A DNA stretch of 64,000 nt from Verrucomicrobiota bacterium (GTDB lineage: Bacteria > Chlamydiota > Chlamydiia > Chlamydiales > 2-12-FULL-49-11), in NCBI GenBank assembly GCA_018240105.1, contig JAFEGE010000065.1, positions 1,804 to 65,803 on the forward strand, read 5' to 3'. The notes beneath the pieces were generated by a model. It was given only the letters and a program-made list of their open reading frames with translations. It ran no database searches and had not been told where the DNA came from. The translations under genes were made by a program, and so were the position numbers. Shown piece after piece: positions 36,719-46,116 of the stretch; the stretch's first letter is position 1; every line of letters starts with the position of its first letter.

Positions 36719-37630
36719 TTATAGATTTATTTTCTTTAATTTAATGAGAAATTCTTCTGGCAGATCTGCCTTTAAAAAAAGCTTTTCCTTTGTAAAAGGA
36801 TGGGTAAAAAGAAGGCTGTAGGCATGTAAGAAAAGCCTCTCGGCCTTCTCCCCTTTACTATGATAGATCGTATCTCCTAAAACAGGACTATGCAAAGTTT
36901 TTAGATGGACCCTAATCTGATGGGTTCTACCGGTCTTTGGCCTAGCAATCACAAGGCTTTTACCCTCAAAGTGGCTCACAACTTCAAACTCAGTAACCGC
37001 CTCTTTTCCTACCCCCTCCTCTAAAGCGATCGTCATCCTTTTACGATCAACCTTGTGGCGGACAATCGGAGCTGAAAAAACCCCCTCTTTAGGCTTCCCC
37101 TGACAAATAGCAAAGTAGGCTTTTTCTATAGCTCTATCCTGGAAAAGGCGTACAAAAGCAGCGTGGGCCTCTTTTGTTTTAACGGCTAAAAGAATCCCTG
37201 AGGTCTCTTTATCTAACCGATGGACAATACCAGGGCGCATGGCGCCTGCCATATCCGGAAGATCCGGATACTTAAACAAAAGGCCATTAACAAGGGTTTT
37301 GTCTCTATTACCGTTACCGGGATGGACGACAAGGCCCCTCGGTTTATTGATCGCAAGGAAGTATTCATCTTCATAAAGAACGGTAAAGGGAATATCTTGT
37401 GGCTCAAGAAGCGAAGGCGGGGTATCTTCAAAAAATACCTTTACCAAATCCCCGGCCTTTCCCTTTTCACCCTTCTTAGCCGTGCTGTTTTTTAAAATAA
37501 CACGCTTATTTTCAAATAGATACTGGAAGTAGCTGCGCGAGCGTTTAGGAAAACGAAGTGCCAAAACTTGATCGAGGCGTAGACCCGCCTCCTCTTTGAC
37601 AAGGAAAAATTTTTCCTCTGTAAGCTGCAT
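36719..37630 (-). CDS. RluA-family 23S rRNA pseudouridine synthase (RluD-like)
   Basis: S4-like N-terminus, HRLDKETSGILL catalytic motif, and the RTHQIRVH motif. Confidence 0.85.
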   Translation of the reverse strand: MQLTEEKFFLVKEEAGLRLDQVLALRFPKRSRSYFQYLFENKRVILKNSTAKKGEKGKAGDLVKVFFEDTPPSLLEPQDIPFTVLYEDEYFLAINKPRGLVVHPGNGNRDKTLVNGLLFKYPDLPDMAGAMRPGIVHRLDKETSGILLAVKTKEAHAAFVRLFQDRAIEKAYFAICQGKPKEGVFSAPIVRHKVDRKRMTIALEEGVGKEAVTEFEVVSHFEGKSLVIARPKTGRTHQIRVHLKTLHSPVLGDTIYHSKGEKAERLFLHAYSLLFTHPFTKEKLFLKADLPEEFLIKLKKINL

Positions 37631-37707
37631 TTTTAGTCCTAACCTTAAAGAAAAGTACTATAATTATGCCTATTACAGGAGATAAAACCTATCTTTTTAA
37701 AGCCTAT

Positions 37708-38004
37708 CTACGTGGAATCGTACATGTCTTCGCCTGTCTCTGAACGGCGAAGGGCCCGAGAGGCCTCTTTTTGCCTCTGCTGGTCGTGGCCTATCTGCTG
37801 GGCAATGGAGCTGCAGATATTTTGTTGAAATTTGCGGAAGTTCTCCTCCCCCATATACTGCTCAAAAGCGCCCCATCCGCCACCACCTCCGCCGCCTCCA
37901 GATCCGCCAACTTTAGGAAAATTTCCAGCCGGCGCCTGTGGCGTCTGTATGCCCGGGGTCTCTACCTTATTTGGATTGCTTGGGATATTGAAACTAGAGC
38001 TCAT
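37708..38004 (-). CDS. hypothetical small protein with a Gly run (GGSGGGGGGGGWG)
   Basis: 98-aa ORF with Ser/Pro-rich N-terminus, Gly10 tract and charged C-terminus. Two plus-strand ORFs overlap it, so the strand choice is tentative. Confidence 0.45.
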   Translation of the reverse strand: MSSSFNIPSNPNKVETPGIQTPQAPAGNFPKVGGSGGGGGGGGWGAFEQYMGEENFRKFQQNICSSIAQQIGHDQQRQKEASRALRRSETGEDMYDST

Positions 38005-38045
38005 ACTTCTACTTTATCTTATCTAAGATTATACTCAATAGAAAT

Positions 38046-38705
38046 ATGAAGATTTTGCTCATTGGAGCCAGCGGCCGCTTAGGATCGCAAATTGATAACG
38101 CAGCAAGACTTATGGAAGGCGCCCTTACGATATTGCATCGCACAGGCGGCGCTAACTCGAGCTATCCCAGCGATATAACTCCGTATCTCCCTGAGGTTGA
38201 TATAGTTTTAGATGTCTCAACGCCAGAGGCTCTTACGGTTAATCTACCAAAAATTGTAGAGGCCAAAAAACCTCTTGTTCTAGGCTCCACGGGCCACTCT
38301 TCTTTAAACCATGAAGCCATTAGAGAGGCTGCAAAAACGATCCCCCTTCTTTTTTTGGCGAACTTCTCCCTCGGCATTGCAATACTCAAAGACCTTTTAG
38401 AAGCTTTGCCAAAAGGAGAGTGCCATATCACAGAAACTCATCATACGAGAAAAAAAGATGCGCCTTCAGGTACCGCTTTAGAGCTTCTCTCTTATTTACC
38501 AAGCGATACAAAAATTACATCGCATCGAAGAGATGATGAACCTGCAACTCATAAAATCACACTCTCTCTACCCTTTGAGGAGATTGAGATTACACACAAA
38601 GTTTTTGATAGAAGTGTCTTTGCTATAGGCGCACTAAACGCTTGTCTTTTTCTTTTGAATAAATCTAGCGGTCTATATACTTCGTTTCATGATGCAAATA
38701 GGTGA
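38046..38705 (+). CDS. dapB: 4-hydroxy-tetrahydrodipicolinate reductase (short form)
   Basis: MKILLIGASGRLG NAD(P)-binding start and ETHHTRKKDAPSGTAL signature. Confidence 0.85.
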   Translation: MKILLIGASGRLGSQIDNAARLMEGALTILHRTGGANSSYPSDITPYLPEVDIVLDVSTPEALTVNLPKIVEAKKPLVLGSTGHSSLNHEAIREAAKTIPLLFLANFSLGIAILKDLLEALPKGECHITETHHTRKKDAPSGTALELLSYLPSDTKITSHRRDDEPATHKITLSLPFEEIEITHKVFDRSVFAIGALNACLFLLNKSSGLYTSFHDANR

Positions 38706-39510
38706 TGTCACACTTAGTCAAGAGGGGCCTTTAACGTTTATCTTAGGGCCGTGCGTAATCGAATCCGAAGCTATGGCTCTCGAGATCGCCCACTTTCTTA
38801 AAGAGAACCTAACCGCCCCCTTTATCTTTAAAGCAAGTTACGACAAAGCTAATCGCACATCCTTCGACTCTTTTCGTGGCCCCGGTCTTGAAAAGGGCCT
38901 TGCCATCTTACAAACGATTAAAGAGCGTTATAAACTCCCTGTAACAACAGATCTTCACCATCCTGATGAAGCTCACGAAGTCGCATCTGTCTGTGATTTA
39001 TTGCAAATTCCTGCCTTCCTCTGTAGACAAACAGATCTTATCCATGCGGCAGCGAAGACAGGTAAACCGGTTAATGTAAAAAAGGGGCAATTTTTATCGC
39101 CTTACGATACAAAAGCGATCGTAGAAAAAATCCATACAAGCGGCAATCCAAATGTCATTCTTACAGAGAGAGGCTCTTCTTTTGGCTACCAAAACCTAGT
39201 CGTAGACATGCGCTCTTTTTCGATTATGAAGCAATTTACCCCCTACGTCTGTTTTGATGCCTCGCATAGTGTACAACTCCCCGGCGGAGAGGGCAGATCC
39301 TCTGGTGGCGATCGTAACTTTATCCCACAGCTTGCAAAAGCGGCTCTCGCAAGCGGCGCTAATCTCATCTTTCTAGAGACACACCCTGATCCAAACACTG
39401 CTAAAAGCGATGCAAAAACACAGTGGCCACTTAGAGAACTCCCTCCCCTCGTAAAAGAGCTTTGCCATTTTCACAAGGTGCTAGAGTCGTATGCTCTTGC
39501 GGAAAGCTAA
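38689..39510 (+). CDS. kdsA: 3-deoxy-8-phosphooctulonate (KDO-8-P) synthase
   Basis: GPCVIES...FKASYDKANRTS...LQIPAFLCRQTDL...DASHSVQLPGG motifs. Confidence 0.92.
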   Translation: MMQIGDVTLSQEGPLTFILGPCVIESEAMALEIAHFLKENLTAPFIFKASYDKANRTSFDSFRGPGLEKGLAILQTIKERYKLPVTTDLHHPDEAHEVASVCDLLQIPAFLCRQTDLIHAAAKTGKPVNVKKGQFLSPYDTKAIVEKIHTSGNPNVILTERGSSFGYQNLVVDMRSFSIMKQFTPYVCFDASHSVQLPGGEGRSSGGDRNFIPQLAKAALASGANLIFLETHPDPNTAKSDAKTQWPLRELPPLVKELCHFHKVLESYALAES

Positions 39511-40420
39511 TCTTATCATCATCTTTTTCAGTATCTTTTTTCCTCTCTCTCTAGCTTACATATTTTATTCTTACTCTTTTTTCACAACCGATGCAGAGAA
39601 GAATTTACAAGAAATTTTCCAAGCGCGTACTCAGATCCAACAAGAGGTATTTCACGTCGGTAAAGATGTTCATAAAAGCTTTTGGCTTATGAACCATGAG
39701 CCGCCTTTAGAAATCCATTTAGAGAGCCCCCTTTCAGAACTACGGTTAGAAAAAGAGGGAGCCTCTTATGAAATGGTCGAAATGCTAAAAAATGTAAATT
39801 TCTATTTTTACTACAACCAAGACCTCTACACTATCGAAGCACAAGAGTGTCAAATTTCTTATCGCAGCTCTCTTATCAAAGCTCATAACTTACACCTTAA
39901 ATCATATGAAATCCCCTCTGATATGAAAGCACAAGAGCTTAATACTCTCGCAAAAGAAGGATCTCTTCCTTTGAAAGAGGCTTATAACCTCTCCTGTCAT
40001 ACGCTTGCCTTAGATAAAGAGAAGAAAGAACTTATCGCAGAGAGAGGCGATGAGCCTATTGTCTTTACCCATCCAAATTTTTCTATTGCCTCTGCCTCTA
40101 TGGTTATATCGCCAAACAAACTTAGCTTTAAAGAAGAGGTTCGTTTAAAAAATGAAACCTTTTTTGGTGTCGCAGATCAGATTGACTTCTTTCCAAAAGA
40201 TCACCATATAGAACTTGTATCGAATGGAGAAGAGGGGGCTCTTTTTTGGGATCAAAAAGAGAACATAAAAATCAGAGCTAAAACGGTTGTTCTTGAAAAA
40301 GACCCTCTTACAGGAGAGACAATCGCACGTGGCCTTGGTAAGGTACATTTTTCGTTAAAAGAGACCGAATTCTTTAATATTTTTAACATGATAGAAACAT
40401 GCACAAACAGCCTATTTTAG
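39491..40420 (+). CDS. hypothetical N-terminally anchored envelope protein between kdsA and lptB (candidate LptC/LptA-like)
   Basis: Single N-terminal TM (LIIIFFSIFFPLSLAYIFY). Overlaps kdsA by 20 nt and lptB by 22 nt. No motif recognised; the call rests on position only. Confidence 0.35.
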   Translation: MLLRKANLIIIFFSIFFPLSLAYIFYSYSFFTTDAEKNLQEIFQARTQIQQEVFHVGKDVHKSFWLMNHEPPLEIHLESPLSELRLEKEGASYEMVEMLKNVNFYFYYNQDLYTIEAQECQISYRSSLIKAHNLHLKSYEIPSDMKAQELNTLAKEGSLPLKEAYNLSCHTLALDKEKKELIAERGDEPIVFTHPNFSIASASMVISPNKLSFKEEVRLKNETFFGVADQIDFFPKDHHIELVSNGEEGALFWDQKENIKIRAKTVVLEKDPLTGETIARGLGKVHFSLKETEFFNIFNMIETCTNSLF

Positions 40421-41133
40421 AGTGCCAACATATACAAAAAAGATACGGAGATAAAATAATTCTCCAAGATCTCTCCTTGTCTATTGGCGAGGGGGAAGTC
40501 GTTGGCCTTTTAGGACCAAATGGCGCTGGTAAAACAACACTCTTTTATATCCTCCTTGGTTTTTTACGTTGTGATACCGGCTCTATCTATTTTAAAGAGA
40601 CAAACATCACCCGTTATCCAACCCATGAAAGAGCGCGGTTGGGAATGGGATATCTTGCACAGGAGCCATCGATTTTTCGATCTCTGACGGTAGAGCAAAA
40701 TATTCTCTGCATTTTAGAGACGCTCCCTTTATCCAAAAAAGAGCGCCATATGCGTCTAGAGGAAGTTCTTTTGGAATTTCATCTCAAAGAGATCGCTAAG
40801 AAAAAAGCCTCTCTACTCTCTGGTGGAGAAAAGAGACGTGTAGAGATCGCGCGCGTACTTGCCACACAACCAAAGCTTCTTCTTTTAGATGAGCCTTTTG
40901 CTAATATTGATCCTAAAACAATTTCAGATCTGAAAAATATTATTCGCCACCTTAAAGCAAAAAACATCTCTATTCTGATCACAGATCATAACGCTAAGGA
41001 GCTCTTTACCATCGTAGACAAAAGTTTTCTGATTGCACAAGGAACTATTCTAGCCTCCGGAAGCTCTAGAGATCTCTTACAAAATCAAGATGCCAAACTT
41101 GCTTATTTTGGCTCTGATTTCATTCTAAATTAA
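40399..41133 (+). CDS. lptB: LPS export ABC transporter ATP-binding protein
   Basis: Walker A GPNGAGKTT, signature LSGGEKRRVEIARVLA, Walker B LLLLDEPF. 244 aa. Confidence 0.88.
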   Translation: MHKQPILECQHIQKRYGDKIILQDLSLSIGEGEVVGLLGPNGAGKTTLFYILLGFLRCDTGSIYFKETNITRYPTHERARLGMGYLAQEPSIFRSLTVEQNILCILETLPLSKKERHMRLEEVLLEFHLKEIAKKKASLLSGGEKRRVEIARVLATQPKLLLLDEPFANIDPKTISDLKNIIRHLKAKNISILITDHNAKELFTIVDKSFLIAQGTILASGSSRDLLQNQDAKLAYFGSDFILN

Positions 41134-41209
41134 AGATAAAATTACTAGTTGCAAAAAATTAATTTCTTACTAAAACTCAATACGTGAATTAAAAAAATAT
41201 GACTGAATT

Positions 41210-43141
41210 ATGAAAATTTTATTTGTTGCACTTTTAAGTTTTTTTACCTCTTTTGTAAATGCAAATGCTACAGAGGGAATACCTCTTTACTATTGGCGAA
41301 AACCAAATTTTCAGAACTTTGGCGACCATATTTCTCACTACATTGTAGAAAGAATCGTAGGTAGCCCGATCACTATTTTTCAAAAAACGGATATTGTTCC
41401 AAAGCGTCTTCTGGCTGTTGGATCCCTTCTCGGAGCTGCACGACAAAATGATGTTTTGTGGGGCACCGGGATGAATGGTAAGATCAAACCCGAAGACTAC
41501 CAGTTCACTAATCTCGATATTCGCGCTATACGCGGCCCTTTAACACGAAAATTCGTCATGGACAATTTCCAGATATCCTGCCCTGATATCTATGGCGATC
41601 CTGGCCTCCTATTTCCCTATCTTTTTCCTGAATTTACAAGAAACCCTGAGCCATCTATCGATGTACTCATCATCCCACACTACTCTGAAGAGCGGCTCTT
41701 TCCAAAGTCAGCTTACAACCATGTCGTATACCCTACAGAGCCATGGGATCAAGTGATCCGAAAAATTCTAGATAGCAAATTTGTTATTTCAAGCTCCCTA
41801 CATGGGCTTATCATTGCAGAGGCTTATGGCATCCCTGCCCGCTATCTACGCGTAACAGAAAACGAGCCTTTGCTAAAATACCAAGATTACTATGCTGCCA
41901 CAAATCGCTGCCAATTTAGCTATGCAACCTCTTTATTAGATGCCATTCACATGCGCGGTGAAAGACCGTATGAGTGCGATCTTCAAAAGCTCTACGATGC
42001 CTTTCCCTTTGATCTTTGGCCTTTTGCAGAAAAGAAGCCCTTTGATTTTACAAGAATCGAATGGCGAGAGGGTGAGCTTCCAGGCGAAGATATCGTCACT
42101 TATCCAATAGAGACCTGTTCGGAGTGTGAAGAAGATGAAAGAGAGCTTTTACCCCCAAGCCCCTACCTCTATGATTTAGAAGCATCCCCACAAGAATTCA
42201 TTTTAGAGACAAAAAGAATTATTCTACCTGGCCATGAAAGAGCTTTTAATCCCTCTTTAGTACGCTTTAGAGGAACTCTTCTTCTGAGCTTTCGTATCAA
42301 TGAGCCGACAAGCGAGCCAACAAAACGGGTAGGGCTTGCCTGGTTAGATGATAATTATGATCTTATTGGCTCTCCGATGGTTCTTTACACCCCCTTTTCC
42401 CATCCCTATCTTCTCTCTCTGCAACAAGATCCTCGCCTTTTAGTAATCGATGACCATCTTTTCATGATCTACAACAATGTCGTCGATAGCATGACCAGCA
42501 GCAAAGGGTTAAAGAGGATGTTTGTTGCCGAGCTAGATTATGATGGAGAGAATTTTTTTATAAAAAGCGATAGCTGTATCCATGAATTTCCAACGCAAAA
42601 TCCCAATCGCTGGGAAAAAAATTGGGTCCCCTTTTGCCATGACAACAAACTCCTTTTATCTTACAGCATCTTTCCCCATAAAGTTTTTGAGTTTAACCAT
42701 GGGACAACCTCCTGCACCCCCTATTGCCAAAGTGATGCTATAACGCCTTGGGAGTGGGGCGCTGTAAGAGGTGGCACACAAGCCCATCTCGATGGCGATC
42801 AATATCTCGCCTTCTTCCACTCCTCACAATATATGCCCTCAACCCAATCTGATGGTAAGGTAATGCTCCACTACTTTATGGGAGCCTACACCTTTTCTAA
42901 AGAGCCACCCTTTGATGTAACAGCTATTAGCCCCCTGCCCATTGTTGGCAAAAACTTCTACAACGGCCCGATGTACAAAACATGGAAGCCTCTACGCGTT
43001 GTCTTTCCCGGCGGCTTTGTCTTCGATGAGAATTACGTTTGGGTAGCATATGGGCGCCAAGATAACGAAGTGTGGGTTACGAAGCTTGATAAGAAAGGCC
43101 TTCTCGCAAGCCTTGTCCCCACAACGCCAAAAAACCTCTAA
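41210..43141 (+). CDS. secreted fusion protein: polysaccharide pyruvyl transferase domain plus a C-terminal domain tentatively assigned as beta-propeller (GH130/DUF377-like)
   Basis: Signal peptide MKILFVALLSFFTSFVNANA. N-terminal half has NFGDHISHYIVERI...SSSLHGLIIAEAYGIPA (PS_pyruv_trans-like). C-terminal half has FNPSLVRFRG...WEKNWVPF...GGFVFDENYVWVAYG, tentatively read as propeller-blade-like motifs. Confidence 0.55.
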   Translation: MKILFVALLSFFTSFVNANATEGIPLYYWRKPNFQNFGDHISHYIVERIVGSPITIFQKTDIVPKRLLAVGSLLGAARQNDVLWGTGMNGKIKPEDYQFTNLDIRAIRGPLTRKFVMDNFQISCPDIYGDPGLLFPYLFPEFTRNPEPSIDVLIIPHYSEERLFPKSAYNHVVYPTEPWDQVIRKILDSKFVISSSLHGLIIAEAYGIPARYLRVTENEPLLKYQDYYAATNRCQFSYATSLLDAIHMRGERPYECDLQKLYDAFPFDLWPFAEKKPFDFTRIEWREGELPGEDIVTYPIETCSECEEDERELLPPSPYLYDLEASPQEFILETKRIILPGHERAFNPSLVRFRGTLLLSFRINEPTSEPTKRVGLAWLDDNYDLIGSPMVLYTPFSHPYLLSLQQDPRLLVIDDHLFMIYNNVVDSMTSSKGLKRMFVAELDYDGENFFIKSDSCIHEFPTQNPNRWEKNWVPFCHDNKLLLSYSIFPHKVFEFNHGTTSCTPYCQSDAITPWEWGAVRGGTQAHLDGDQYLAFFHSSQYMPSTQSDGKVMLHYFMGAYTFSKEPPFDVTAISPLPIVGKNFYNGPMYKTWKPLRVVFPGGFVFDENYVWVAYGRQDNEVWVTKLDKKGLLASLVPTTPKNL

Positions 43142-44137
43142 TTAGAGGATGGTAAAGGCCTTCATGGCAAGCGATGTGAGATAGCCGATAAGGCCACATG
43201 CGGGGAAGGTAATGACCCATGTCATGAGGATACGGGCTGTCACCCCCCAGCGAACGGCCGAGAGCCTTTTTGTTGCGCCAACACCCATAATCGCCGTGTT
43301 GATGGTGTGTGTTGTGCTAAGAGGCACGCCTAAAAAAGAGGCAAGCTCAATTGTGGCTCCGGCCGCTGTCTCGGCAGCAAATCCTTGCGGTGTGTCAAGT
43401 TCCGTAATCTTAAACCCCATCGTCTTAAGAATGCGCCACCCTCCGATTAAGGTACCTAAAGCCATAATGAAAGCGCAAAGCAGCATGACCCACAAAGGCA
43501 CAGCAAAGTGAGAGAGCCTCCCTCCCATCACCAGAGCGAGCGTAAACATACCCATAAACTTCTGTCCATCGTTAGAGCCGTGGCTAAACGCCATAAGGGC
43601 AGAAGAGGCCATCTGTAAATAATGAAAAGATCTACGCACTTTCCCTGGGAGACAATTTTGAAGAAGATAGTAGAGAAGCGTCATAAGAAGAGCGCCTCCT
43701 ATAAAGCCAAGAAGGGTGGAAAAGAGAAGACCTAAAAGCACTTTTTTCCAACCAGCCCAGACAAGAGCATGAAACCCTGCATTGGCGATACCGGCTCCAC
43801 CAAGACCTGCAACAAGAGCGTGCGTTTCACTTGTTGGAAGTCCAAGCCACGCTGTAAAGCTACTCCAAACGATAACAGCTATCATGCTACTTGTGATCGT
43901 CTCTAAATTAATCAATTCAGGGTTAACGATCTCTCGACCGATTGTCTCCGCAACAGCCGTACCAGATAAGACTCCAAAAAGGTTAAAGACCGAGGCCATA
44001 AGAACAGCTTTGAACGGTGAAAGCACACGGGTAGAGACAACCGTTGCAATAGCATTTGGAGCATCTGTCCAGCCGTTAGTGAGCTCTGCAATGAGAATGA
44101 GCCCTAAAACAACATAAAAGAGGAGAGCCTCACCCAT
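43142..44137 (-). CDS. inorganic phosphate transporter, PiT family
   Basis: GWTDAPNAIATVVSTRVL and GSNDGQKFMG PiT signatures. Start moved to the ATG at 44137, which overlaps the upstream stop as ATGGGTGA. Confidence 0.88.
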   Translation of the reverse strand: MGEALLFYVVLGLILIAELTNGWTDAPNAIATVVSTRVLSPFKAVLMASVFNLFGVLSGTAVAETIGREIVNPELINLETITSSMIAVIVWSSFTAWLGLPTSETHALVAGLGGAGIANAGFHALVWAGWKKVLLGLLFSTLLGFIGGALLMTLLYYLLQNCLPGKVRRSFHYLQMASSALMAFSHGSNDGQKFMGMFTLALVMGGRLSHFAVPLWVMLLCAFIMALGTLIGGWRILKTMGFKITELDTPQGFAAETAAGATIELASFLGVPLSTTHTINTAIMGVGATKRLSAVRWGVTARILMTWVITFPACGLIGYLTSLAMKAFTIL

Positions 44138-44756
44138 ATTTAACGACAACACCCCATAAGATGTCTGCAATATCTTCGCAGCGATCGATCGCCTGTTCTA
44201 TAGAGTCGTAAAGCTCCTTCCACTTAATAACGGCAAAAGGATCCTTAGCATCGTGAAAAAGCCGACTTAAAGCTCTTTCAAAAACCCTATCCCCTTGATT
44301 CTCTAAACGATTGATGGCAAGGCAGCAGTCTAAAATCTCTGTCCGTTTTTTATTCTCGCGGAGCTTTGTAATAGCAAGAACAACAAGATCAACAGCTTGG
44401 ACTAGAACTTCTACAAGCTCTTTAAATTCGGGATTTATTTTGTTAATCTCAAAAAGCTCTAGCCTCTCGGTAACCGCGTGCGGGATGTCGACAAGATCAT
44501 CGATCCGTTTAGCAAGCTTATGGATATCTTCTCGATCGATTGGTGTTATAAAAGTTTTATGGAGCTTAACCATAATTTCATGGACAAGCTTATCACACGT
44601 ATGCTCTATATCTCTGATTGTCTGAAGGGAAGGGTGAGAATGCTGCCAAGAGTCGATTAGTAATAGAAAAACTTTTACGGCCGCTTGCACTTCAAGAGAT
44701 AGACTCTCCAAAAGGGTGTAAAAACCCCTCTCTTTTCTTAAGAAACTAAGCCTCAT
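44130..44756 (-). CDS. DUF47 / PhoU-like phosphate transport regulator (PiT-associated)
   Basis: 208-aa helical protein translationally coupled to the PiT gene, the conserved DUF47-PiT pairing. Confidence 0.75.
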   Translation of the reverse strand: MRLSFLRKERGFYTLLESLSLEVQAAVKVFLLLIDSWQHSHPSLQTIRDIEHTCDKLVHEIMVKLHKTFITPIDREDIHKLAKRIDDLVDIPHAVTERLELFEINKINPEFKELVEVLVQAVDLVVLAITKLRENKKRTEILDCCLAINRLENQGDRVFERALSRLFHDAKDPFAVIKWKELYDSIEQAIDRCEDIADILWGVVVKYG

Positions 44757-44812
44757 TATGATATCCCCCTATCGCTAGCTATAGCAAAAGGGGGATATCT
44801 ACCCAATCTAAA

Positions 44813-45256
44813 TTATCGGCAAGAGGCGTAAGTACGCGTTTGTAGATCTTTTGCGTCAAAGAAAAAGGCTATCTCTATCTTCGCGTTCTCAAGGCTGTCA
44901 GAGCCATGAACAGCATTCGCATCGATAGAATCAGCAAAATCTTTGCGGATTGTACCGTCTGCTGCTTTTTTAGGGTCTGTTGCCCCCATAATCTCACGGT
45001 TTTTTTCCACCGCATTTTCCCCTTCTAGCACCATGATAAAGACAGGGCCAGAGGTCATAAAAGAGACGAGGTCTTGGTAAAAAGGGCGCTCTTTGTGGAC
45101 TTCATAAAACTCTTTAGCTTCTCTTTCGCTAAGCGTAACCATTTTAGCTGCAACTACTTGTAAATTATTTTTTTCAAAACGGCTGATGATCTGTCCGATC
45201 ACATTTTTATGTACTGCATCGGGTTTAACGATAGATAAAGTACGCATCATTGTCAT
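44813..45256 (-). CDS. ndk: nucleoside diphosphate kinase
   Basis: [11 protein letters not shown]...NAVHGSDS active-site His context. Confidence 0.92.
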   Translation of the reverse strand: MTMMRTLSIVKPDAVHKNVIGQIISRFEKNNLQVVAAKMVTLSEREAKEFYEVHKERPFYQDLVSFMTSGPVFIMVLEGENAVEKNREIMGATDPKKAADGTIRKDFADSIDANAVHGSDSLENAKIEIAFFFDAKDLQTRTYASCR

Positions 45257-45378
45257 AATCTTCTCCTAATTCAATATAATCCAAAAACTTTCTAGAAGAT
45301 CGTAGCAAAAACTGCTATTCTGATATACTCAAATAAACTCAAAAATTGGCCGTTTGACTTCACTTCTAGTATACGCCT

Positions 45379-46116
45379 ATGATTTCAGTTACGATTCTAG
45401 TAAAAGACCGCGAAGACCTTATTGCCAGCTGTTTAGATGCCCTTACCGCCTTCCCAGAGGTTATCTTGGTCGACACTGGATCGAAAGACAAGACCCTCTC
45501 TATCGCTAAAACCTACCCAAATGTAAAAATTTTTTCAAAAGAGTTTATCGGCTTTGGCCCTCTCCATAACATAGCTATAGAGCTCGCCTCCCACGACTGG
45601 ATCTTCTCTATCGATTCCGATGAAGTCTTATCTAAAGAGGCCTCCGATGAGATTCTCTCTCTCTCTCTTGATCCAAAGGCCGCCTACACTATTCCAAGGC
45701 ATAATTACTTTCACGGCAAAAGGATCTTAGGCTGCGGCTGGAAGGAGGAGTGGCAAGTAAGACTCTTCCATAAAAATTATGCCAAGTTTTCCGAAGACTA
45801 TGTCCATGAAAAAGTCTTAACGAACAACCTTTTGATAAAAAAGATTAAAGCCCCGATGCGCCACTACTCGCATCGCGATATCAGCGATCTTCTTCATAAA
45901 ATGCAAACCTACACAGCTCTCTATGTCGATCAAAATAAAGAGAAGAAAAGCAGCCTTTTCAAAGCGATCCTCCGCTCCTACTTTGCCTTTTTTCGTGCCT
46001 TTTTTTTAAGAGGTGGTATCTTCGATGGAAAAGAGGGGTATTTACTCGCCAAATATATGGCTGACAGCACATTTTACAAATATGCAAGATTGATGGAGGC
46101 TAGTGAGACCTCCTAA
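45379..46116 (+). CDS. glycosyltransferase family 2 (LPS-core type, WaaE/KdtX-like)
   Basis: ISVTILVKDRE...VDTGSKDKT...SIDSDE (DxD) motifs. Confidence 0.75.
   Translation: MISVTILVKDREDLIASCLDALTAFPEVILVDTGSKDKTLSIAKTYPNVKIFSKEFIGFGPLHNIAIELASHDWIFSIDSDEVLSKEASDEILSLSLDPKAAYTIPRHNYFHGKRILGCGWKEEWQVRLFHKNYAKFSEDYVHEKVLTNNLLIKKIKAPMRHYSHRDISDLLHKMQTYTALYVDQNKEKKSSLFKAILRSYFAFFRAFFLRGGIFDGKEGYLLAKYMADSTFYKYARLMEASETS

Noticed and set aside
37771-38049. Plus-strand ORFs (92 aa and 64 aa, one with a Pro8 run) overlapping the Gly-rich gene
   Set aside because: They are the complement of a GGN run, which gives a CCN run. The products are hydrophobic and low-complexity, and the 3' end would run into the dapB start. 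I kept the minus-strand call, but only at low confidence.
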